Shown here: in pieces, positions 57,343 through 64,000 of the stretch
Layout: the number at the start of each line of letters is the position of its first letter
How positions within the stretch are numbered: the stretch's first letter is position 1
NCBI GenBank assembly: GCA_902791935.1
Contig: CADAXQ010000006.1
Span: forward strand, 8,129-72,128
DNA: 64,000 nucleotides
Origin: an uncultured Erysipelotrichaceae bacterium
GTDB lineage: Bacteria; Bacillota_I; Bacilli_A; RFN20; CAG-826
Reading direction: 5' to 3'
Position numbers and translations under genes: made by a program
The notes under the pieces: model-generated
Database searches by the model: none
What the model was told of the DNA's origin: nothing
The model's input: the letters and a program-made list of their open reading frames with translations, nothing else

Positions 57343-57524
57343 GATTATCACCTCGATACGCGAAAAATCGCAATGTTGAATATAGCACGCGCACGCCTTG
57401 ACGGCAACCTTTTTTGCAAAGTCTTCTTCTTTCCTTCGTTTTTTGACGGATTCCTGACACTAGCCCAAAGGGCTTTGTGTTAAACTATAGACAAATCTTA
57501 CTACCCATCAGAAAGGAGATAGCT

Positions 57525-58661
57525 ATGGCCAATAAAATGGTAGCCATGATTCTGGCTGGCGGCAAAGGCACCAGACTCAAGGCTCTGACCGCAAAGGCAG
57601 CTAAACCAGCGGTTTTTTATGGCGGGAAATATCGAATCATCGACTTTCCGCTCAGCAACTGCGCCAATTCCGGGATTCGGAATGTCGGCGTTCTCACGCA
57701 ATACGAGTCGAGTGAATTGAACCAATACGTGGGAAACGGAGAGAAGTGGGGATTAAATGGCGTTCGTTCGAGCGCGACCGTCCTTTCTCCAAAGCAAACG
57801 GAAGAAGGCTCTTCCTGGTATCGCGGAACGGCTGATGCCATCTATGAAAACCTCGACTGGCTGGAACGGATGAATCCCGACTATGTGTTGATCCTTTCTG
57901 GTGACCATATCTATAGTTGTACCTATAACGAGATGTTGGAGAAACACATCAAATCTAAAGCGGATTGCACGATTTCCGTCTATCCGGTCGCTTGGGAAGA
58001 AGCGTCGCGTTTTGGCATTTTGGTGACGGATAAAGACGATCAAATCATGAATTTCCAAGAAAAGCCGAAGAAACCAATCAGCAATCTTGCTTCCATGGGG
58101 ATTTATATCTTCAGCTACAAAGTATTGGTCGATTACTTAAAGGCAGACGCGAAAGAAGAAAGCGATCATGACTTTGGGAAGAACATCATTCCGAATATGA
58201 TGGCCGACCATCGGAAGATGGTGGCCTATACGTATCACGGTTATTGGAGAGATGTCGGAACGATTTCTTCCTTGCATGCGGCCAACATGGATTTGTTAGA
58301 CAACAAAGAAAAAGGCACGAACTTGTATTCGATGTTCGCAGGGAACCAGATTCTTTCGGAAGACCCGCATTCGGCGCCGCAATATATCGGTCCAAAAGCC
58401 ACGATTGAAGATTCGTTAATCAACCAAGGCGCCCAGGTTTATGGCGCGGTGATTCATAGCGTCATTTCTGGGGATACTCGGATTGAAGAAGGGGCACGTT
58501 GCGTCAATGCAGTCGTGATGCCAGGCGCCGTCTTACAAAAAGGCGCCGTCGTGCAAAACGCGATTATTGGCCCAGATACCCTCATTGCAGAAAACCAAAT
58601 TGTAAACGGTGAAAATGACGACATTGCGCTCGTCGTGAATCGAAAGGCGGCAAGATTATGA
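57525..58661 (+). CDS. glgC: Glucose-1-phosphate adenylyltransferase
   Basis: AMILAGGKGTRL motif and a C-terminal left-handed beta-helix region. AAAGGAGA RBS. Start trimmed from the longer track ORF. Confidence 0.9.
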   Translation: MANKMVAMILAGGKGTRLKALTAKAAKPAVFYGGKYRIIDFPLSNCANSGIRNVGVLTQYESSELNQYVGNGEKWGLNGVRSSATVLSPKQTEEGSSWYRGTADAIYENLDWLERMNPDYVLILSGDHIYSCTYNEMLEKHIKSKADCTISVYPVAWEEASRFGILVTDKDDQIMNFQEKPKKPISNLASMGIYIFSYKVLVDYLKADAKEESDHDFGKNIIPNMMADHRKMVAYTYHGYWRDVGTISSLHAANMDLLDNKEKGTNLYSMFAGNQILSEDPHSAPQYIGPKATIEDSLINQGAQVYGAVIHSVISGDTRIEEGARCVNAVVMPGAVLQKGAVVQNAIIGPDTLIAENQIVNGENDDIALVVNRKAARL

Positions 58662-59776
58662 AAGATGTCATTGGTTTAGTGAATTGTTTCCCCGATCCCG
58701 AACTTGGTGGTCTTACCTCAAACCGCACGTTGGCGTCGACTTCCTTCTTGGGCCGTTATGCCTTCATGGATGTCGCGATGTCAAACTTCTCGAACTCTGG
58801 CATCGATAACATCGGTGTCATGGTCAAAAACCATCAACGTTCGATTTTGAAGCACATGGGGAACATGTCTTCTTGGGTCAACAACACCAAAACGGGAAAA
58901 GTCACGATTTTAACGAACGAAAATGGTGTGCTTTACCCCGCCTATAACACGGATTTAAACGCGTTAAAAGAGAATGACTATATCCTTTATAATTCCCAAG
59001 CGTCCGCGTTGGTGTTTGCTTCGCCCCATATCGTCGCCACCGTCGATTATGGCCCAATTCTTGATGAACATTGGGCACGCGACGAATCGGTCACGGTGCT
59101 TTATAAAAAAGTCAACGATGCCGATACGAATTTCTTAGGCGGTTATTGCTTTGAAGTATCGCCAGATGGTTACGTCGAAAAAGTGACGATTAACAAAGGC
59201 AAATCCAAGACGGCAAATGTCTCTTTGGAGTCTTGGATCATGAACCGCGTGGTCTTAGCCAAAATCGTGGAAGAGTCTAAAAAACACGATTTGGGTATGA
59301 CAATTGGGGATTACCTTCGTTATGCCGTCAAGAACAAGACGATGAAGATTCACGCCTACGAATATCATGGATATCTACGGAATTTCAACTCATTAAAGAA
59401 CTACATCCGTTATTCGTTTGAACTCTTAGAGCCGAATGTGGCCAGCACGTTATTCCGTTCGGATTGGCCCATCTTTACGTTAACGCACAATACCCCGCCG
59501 GCCTTATATGGCCCGCATTCCTCCATCACGAATTCGTTTGTTTCGAATGGTTGTCAAATCGACGGTTCCGTCTCTAACTCCGTCATTTGCCGTAATGTGG
59601 TGGTAGGAGAAGGCTCAAAACTCAATCGTTGCATCGTTCTTTCGGGCGTTCGGATTGGGGAAAATGTGAAATTATCCGATGTCGTCATCGATAAATACGC
59701 GATTATCACCCCACGTCACACCATCGAAGGCGATGAAGAAAATCCGATTTATCTCAAACAAGGGGCCATCTTATGA
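58658..59776 (+). CDS. glgD: Glucose-1-phosphate adenylyltransferase subunit GlgD
   Basis: GlgC paralogue lacking the GGxGxRL motif, in the conserved position between glgC and glgA (Bacillota-type). Confidence 0.85.
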   Translation: MKDVIGLVNCFPDPELGGLTSNRTLASTSFLGRYAFMDVAMSNFSNSGIDNIGVMVKNHQRSILKHMGNMSSWVNNTKTGKVTILTNENGVLYPAYNTDLNALKENDYILYNSQASALVFASPHIVATVDYGPILDEHWARDESVTVLYKKVNDADTNFLGGYCFEVSPDGYVEKVTINKGKSKTANVSLESWIMNRVVLAKIVEESKKHDLGMTIGDYLRYAVKNKTMKIHAYEYHGYLRNFNSLKNYIRYSFELLEPNVASTLFRSDWPIFTLTHNTPPALYGPHSSITNSFVSNGCQIDGSVSNSVICRNVVVGEGSKLNRCIVLSGVRIGENVKLSDVVIDKYAIITPRHTIEGDEENPIYLKQGAIL

Positions 59777-61230
59777 ACATCGCGATGCTTGCTTCAGAAG
59801 CGTTGCCACTTTCCAAAACCGGTGGATTAGCTGATGTTGTTTATGCGTTAAGCAAAGAGCTCGCGAAAGATCCTAAGAACGAGGTGATTATCTTTACCCC
59901 CAACTATCGTAATGCCAAGATTAACGCGTTTCCCCGCCTCAAAGACCTCGGCGAAATTGCCGTCGATCTTTCTTGGCGTCACTTGCATGCGCATCTTTGG
60001 GAAGCGAAACTCGGCCGGCTTCGCTACATTTTGATTGGCAATTCTTACTATTTTGACCGCCCATCGCTATACGGCTATCACGATGATTGCGAGCGGTTTG
60101 CCTTCTTCGGGAACGCGTGCTTAGCCGCGTTGCGTTTTCTGAAATTCGCCCCCGATATCTTGCACGTCCATGACTGGCAAGTTGGGATGGTTCCTTGTCT
60201 TTTGAAAGAAAAAGACGAATACAAGAATGACCCGTTATTCGCCCATACGAAGACCGTTTTAACGATTCATAACCCTGCCTTCAAAGGCTTTATCGACCGT
60301 TATTTCTTAGCGGATTTCTGGGGTTTGCCCGATTCGTTATATGATAACGGCCAAGTCCGCTTCGACAACATGGTTTCCACCTTGAAAGCGGGGATTGTGT
60401 ATGCCGACAAGATTACCACGGTCTCTCCGACGCACCGAAATGAGCTCCTGTCGCCTTATAGTGATCAACATCTGAACGGCGTCTTAGAACTACGAAAAGA
60501 TGACTTCCAAGGCATCTTAAACGGCATTGACGAAGAAGAATGGAATCCTGCGCATGATGCTTATTTAGCCAAAACCTATACAGCGAAAACCTGGAAAGAA
60601 GGGAAAGAAACCAATCAACAACAATTGTTGTCGACGTTCTCTTTAACCAAAGGCAAAGGACCCATCTACGCGATGGTCTCCCGCCTTTCTTGGCAAAAAG
60701 GTGTGGATTTGTTACTCGAAGCAGCCCCACAATTTGTGGGACCGAATGTCGAAGGAACCATCCTCATTCTCGGTTCTGGCGAATATGCACTTGAGCGGAG
60801 AGTCCAAGCGTTACGCGATGCCTATCCTTCGAGAGTCGGCGTCTATCTTGGCTACCAAAATGCCTTATCCCATTTAATTTATGCTGGGGCGGACTTCTTC
60901 TTGATGCCTTCGTTATTTGAACCGTGTGGCATCTCCCAAATGATTGCCCAACGTTATGGCACATTGCCAATTGTTCGTTATACGGGCGGTCTCCGGGATA
61001 CGGTCGAAGGATATGATGGCGATCCTAACCAATATGCGGACGGCATTGGCTTCCGTGACTACGACCTCGGTGGCCTTACCTATGGCATGTCCAAGGCGAA
61101 TGAACTCTATCATCAGCCTGAAGAATACGCTAGAATCGTAGGCAACGCGCTTCGTAAAGACAATTCTTGGAAAAAGAGCGCAGCCGCCTATCTTCGTCTC
61201 TATCACGAAGCATTAGGCAAAGAGGAGTAA
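59773..61230 (+). CDS. glgA: Glycogen synthase (ADP-glucose type)
   Basis: N-terminal [15 protein letters not shown] (KTGGL motif). 485 aa. Confidence 0.9.
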   Translation: MNIAMLASEALPLSKTGGLADVVYALSKELAKDPKNEVIIFTPNYRNAKINAFPRLKDLGEIAVDLSWRHLHAHLWEAKLGRLRYILIGNSYYFDRPSLYGYHDDCERFAFFGNACLAALRFLKFAPDILHVHDWQVGMVPCLLKEKDEYKNDPLFAHTKTVLTIHNPAFKGFIDRYFLADFWGLPDSLYDNGQVRFDNMVSTLKAGIVYADKITTVSPTHRNELLSPYSDQHLNGVLELRKDDFQGILNGIDEEEWNPAHDAYLAKTYTAKTWKEGKETNQQQLLSTFSLTKGKGPIYAMVSRLSWQKGVDLLLEAAPQFVGPNVEGTILILGSGEYALERRVQALRDAYPSRVGVYLGYQNALSHLIYAGADFFLMPSLFEPCGISQMIAQRYGTLPIVRYTGGLRDTVEGYDGDPNQYADGIGFRDYDLGGLTYGMSKANELYHQPEEYARIVGNALRKDNSWKKSAAAYLRLYHEALGKEE

Positions 61231-61238
61231 AAGTCGAT

Positions 61239-63653
61239 ATGAGCTACAACCATGAGGAAATTGAGAAGAAGTGGCGGGCCTACTGGGCTGAACACAACAC
61301 GTTTTATTGCGATACCCACGATTTCTCTAAACCAAAATATTATGTGATGGATATGTTCCCCTATCCTTCGGGAGAAGGGTTACATGTCGGCCATCCGGAA
61401 GGTTACACGGCAACCGATATCGTCGCCCGGATGAAGCGGATGCAAGGCTACAACGTTTTGCACCCGATGGGCTGGGATGCGTTTGGCTTACCGGCCGAAC
61501 AATTCGCCATCAAGAAAAATCAGCATCCCGAATCGTTCACCCGGAAAAACATCGCCCATTTCAAAGACCAAATTCAGTCGTTAGGTTTTTCCTATGACTG
61601 GTCGAAAGAAATCGCGACGATTGATCCTTCTTACTATAAGTGGACCCAATGGATTTTTGCCGAGATGTATAAACATGACTTGGCTTATGTTGCTGATGTG
61701 CCCGTCAACTATTGCCCTGAACTTGGCACCGTTTTAGCCAATGAAGAAGTGATCGACGGCAAATCCGAACGTGGTGGCTATCCGGTCATCCGGATGCCGA
61801 TGCGCCAATGGGTGCTTCGCATCACTCGTTATGCCGATCGTCTTGAAAAAGATTTGGTCACGTTAAATTGGCCCAAGTCCACGATTGAGATGCAAAAGAA
61901 CTGGATTGGCCGTTCTTCGGGCGTTGAAATCACCTTTGTGATTCAAGAACACCCCGAGCTGTCCTTCCGTGTCTTTACGACGCGAGTTGATACGTTATTC
62001 GGTTGCCAATATTGCTGCTTGGCGCCAGAACATCCGCTGGTTAAAGCCTTAGTAAGCTCAGAACAAAAAGCCGCGGTCGAAGCTTATTGCGATGCCGCCG
62101 CCCATAAGTCTGATTTGGCCCGAACTTCCTTAGAAAAGGATAAGACGGGTGTCTATCTTGGCGTTCACGCGATTAACCCGATTAATGGAGAAGCAGTGCC
62201 AGTCTATGTGGCTGACTATGTTTTAGGTAGTTATGGCACCGGTGCCGTCATGGCCGTTCCGGCGCATGATTCCCGCGACTATGCCTTCGCGAAGAAATAT
62301 AACCTCCCAATCGTCCGTGTTTTGGAAGGTGGCAACCTCGAAGAAGGTGCCTTTGAAGGCGATGGCCCACACTGCAATTCTGACTTCGCCAACGGCATGA
62401 ATATTGCCGATGCAAAACGCGCCATTACCGCGAAACTAGAAGAACTTGGCAAAGGCCATGAAGTCGTGAACTATAAGTTACGGGACTGGATTTTCTCAAG
62501 ACAACGTTATTGGGGCGAACCGATCCCGATGGTTCAAACCGTCAAAGATGGCAAAGAGCACGCGGTCGACGAAGATGAATTGCCAGTCGTATTGCCCGAA
62601 CTCGATGATTATCGTCCGCATAAAGATGGCAAACCGCCGCTTTCGAAAGCACCGGATTTTTGGCTTCATACCAAGTGGCATGGCGAAGATGCCATCCGGG
62701 AGACGAACACGATGCCGCAATGGGCGGGTTCGTCTTGGTATTACATCCGTTATATTGATCCAAACAATGACCATGCGTTAGCCGACCCTGCCTTACTCGA
62801 ACACTGGTTACCGGTTGACCTCTATATCGGCGGACAAGAACACGCCGTCTTGCATTTGCTTTATGCGCGTTTCTGGCACAAGTTCCTTTATGACCTTGGC
62901 GTCGTGAAGTGCAAAGAACCCTTTCAACGTCTTTATCACCAAGGCATGATTTTGGGGCCGAACGGCGAAAAGATGTCGAAGTCGCGTGGTAACGTCATTA
63001 ATCCTGACGATATCGTCCGTACGAAAGGGGCTGATAGCTTACGTCTCTTTGAGATGTTCGCCGGTCCGTTAAGCGATGCCAAACCTTGGTCTACGACCGG
63101 CATTGACGGTTCGTACCGCTTTATTGAACGGGTCTACCGCATTGTCGATGATCCGGCTTTCTCCTCACACTTATCGACCGAAAACTCGGGCGAACTCGAC
63201 GCTTCTTATGCGGCGCTTGTGAAAAAAGTGACGGAAGACTTTGAGGCACTCTCTTTCAATACGGCCATCGCCCAAATGATGGTGTTCGTGAACGATTGCT
63301 ACAAAGCCAAATCGATTTATCGTCCTTATTGGGAGGGGTTTGTGCAGATGTTCTCTTGCGTTTGCCCGTTTGTCGGCGAAGAAATGTGGCAAAAACTGGG
63401 CCATCAAGAAAGCATTGCCTATGCGCCTTGGCCGACCTATGACCCAGCGAAACTCGTGAAAAACGAAGTGACGATCGGGGTCATGATCAATGGCAAAGCC
63501 CGTGATGCGATCACATTGGCGAAAGACGCTTCAGAACAAGAAGCGGTCGCCCTTGCGAAAGCATCGGAAAAGACGAGCCGTTGGCTCGAAGGCAAAACCA
63601 TTCGGAAAGTCATCTATGTGCCAGGCAAGATTTTAAATCTCTTGATTGGCTAA
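61239..63653 (+). CDS. leuS: Leucyl-tRNA synthetase
   Basis: HVGH (HIGH) and KMSKS motifs in 804 aa. Start placed at [16 protein letters not shown], 8 nt after the glgA stop. Confidence 0.95.
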   Translation: MSYNHEEIEKKWRAYWAEHNTFYCDTHDFSKPKYYVMDMFPYPSGEGLHVGHPEGYTATDIVARMKRMQGYNVLHPMGWDAFGLPAEQFAIKKNQHPESFTRKNIAHFKDQIQSLGFSYDWSKEIATIDPSYYKWTQWIFAEMYKHDLAYVADVPVNYCPELGTVLANEEVIDGKSERGGYPVIRMPMRQWVLRITRYADRLEKDLVTLNWPKSTIEMQKNWIGRSSGVEITFVIQEHPELSFRVFTTRVDTLFGCQYCCLAPEHPLVKALVSSEQKAAVEAYCDAAAHKSDLARTSLEKDKTGVYLGVHAINPINGEAVPVYVADYVLGSYGTGAVMAVPAHDSRDYAFAKKYNLPIVRVLEGGNLEEGAFEGDGPHCNSDFANGMNIADAKRAITAKLEELGKGHEVVNYKLRDWIFSRQRYWGEPIPMVQTVKDGKEHAVDEDELPVVLPELDDYRPHKDGKPPLSKAPDFWLHTKWHGEDAIRETNTMPQWAGSSWYYIRYIDPNNDHALADPALLEHWLPVDLYIGGQEHAVLHLLYARFWHKFLYDLGVVKCKEPFQRLYHQGMILGPNGEKMSKSRGNVINPDDIVRTKGADSLRLFEMFAGPLSDAKPWSTTGIDGSYRFIERVYRIVDDPAFSSHLSTENSGELDASYAALVKKVTEDFEALSFNTAIAQMMVFVNDCYKAKSIYRPYWEGFVQMFSCVCPFVGEEMWQKLGHQESIAYAPWPTYDPAKLVKNEVTIGVMINGKARDAITLAKDASEQEAVALAKASEKTSRWLEGKTIRKVIYVPGKILNLLIG

Positions 63654-63667
63654 TCCTTCTTCCCTAT

Positions 63668-63693
63668 GCCACGGGTGTTCCCGTGGCTTTTTC
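63668..63693 (+). terminator. Rho-independent terminator after leuS
   Basis: GCCACGGG-tgtt-CCCGTGGC followed by TTTTT. Confidence 0.75.
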
Positions 63694-63764
63694 TTTGACG
63701 AATCTCTATAATTTCCTTGCCCGGAAGAAAGCAACTGGCTTTCTCTGGAGCGGAGGCAGACCTT

Positions 63765-64000
63765 ATGTTACTCACCGTCGATATCGGGAATACCCTGATC
63801 GATTTTGGCTTGTGGAAGGGGGAGGAGCTTACGCTCGTCTACCAAGCCGCCACGAAACCCATCCGAAGCGAAGACGAATATCGGAGCGTCGTGGAACTCT
63901 TCTTGCAGAGCAAACGCATTGATCCTCATGAAGTGGAGGATGCGATTCTCTCTTCGGTTGTACCGCCTTTAGCGACGATCTTCCGAAAAATTACCTTAGA
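63765..64000 (+). CDS. coaX: Type III pantothenate kinase, N-terminal part (runs off the window)
   Basis: Own translation gives MLLTVDIGNTLIDFGLWKGEELTLVYQAATKPIRSEDEY... The DIGNT motif is typical of CoaX. GGAGG lies 8 nt upstream. It is not in the ORF track because it has no stop. Confidence 0.75.
   Translation, partial: MLLTVDIGNTLIDFGLWKGEELTLVYQAATKPIRSEDEYRSVVELFLQSKRIDPHEVEDAILSSVVPPLATIFRKITL

Noticed and set aside
61167-61238. A 24-codon N-terminal extension of LeuS in the ORF track, and a search for a T-box leader upstream of leuS.
   Set aside because: The extension lies within the glgA coding region and is not LeuS-like. The conserved LeuS N-terminus begins at 61239 with a good RBS. 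No intergenic space exists for a T-box.
63695-63712. TTGACG and TATAAT hexamers upstream of coaX.
   Set aside because: They are only 6 nt apart, so they cannot act together as a sigma-70 promoter. The TATAAT may still be a -10, but no matching -35 was found.

Overview
This 64-kb chromosomal window comes from a moderate-GC, Gram-positive-type bacterium. Gene order is Bacillota/Mollicutes-like: rqcH-gmk-priA-...-rlmN-stp-prkC-rpe synteny, glgC-glgD-glgA, GGAGG ribosome-binding sites, several lipobox lipoproteins and TGA used as a stop codon. The core content is: (1) an rnfC-D-G-E-A cluster with no rnfB in the window, next to a large lipoprotein carrying two flavinylation-type motifs; (2) a complete F1Fo ATP synthase operon (atpI-like, B, E, F, H, A, G, D, C) whose c subunit has a Na+-binding signature, followed by a translationally coupled ATP-grasp gene; (3) the priA...rpe housekeeping cluster in remodelled form; (4) glgCDA fused to leuS; (5) cdaA, deoD, trxA, ppa, rpmB, pepP, a uridine-kinase-family gene and a partial coaX; and (6) four tRNA genes: Val-GAC, Gly-CCC, Gly-UCC and Asp-GUC. 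Accessory or decayed patches are: an islet next to tRNA-Val with a DUF4143-type AAA+ ATPase bracketed by three copies of a 31-bp palindrome-core repeat; an islet next to tRNA-Gly(CCC) with a SUFU-like protein, a Sel1-repeat protein and a frameshifted transposase-HTH remnant; a truncated LysR gene; and a frameshifted MATE remnant beside a NERD gene and an N-formylglutamate-amidohydrolase-like gene. That last gene is preceded by what I read as a SAM-I-family riboswitch with a terminator/antiterminator platform. Three 17-bp direct repeats phased at exactly 33 bp sit on the predicted ppa promoter. No CRISPR array, rRNA or intact mobile element was seen. All calls come from reading the sequence and the ORF track by eye; no database search or RNA-model search was run.
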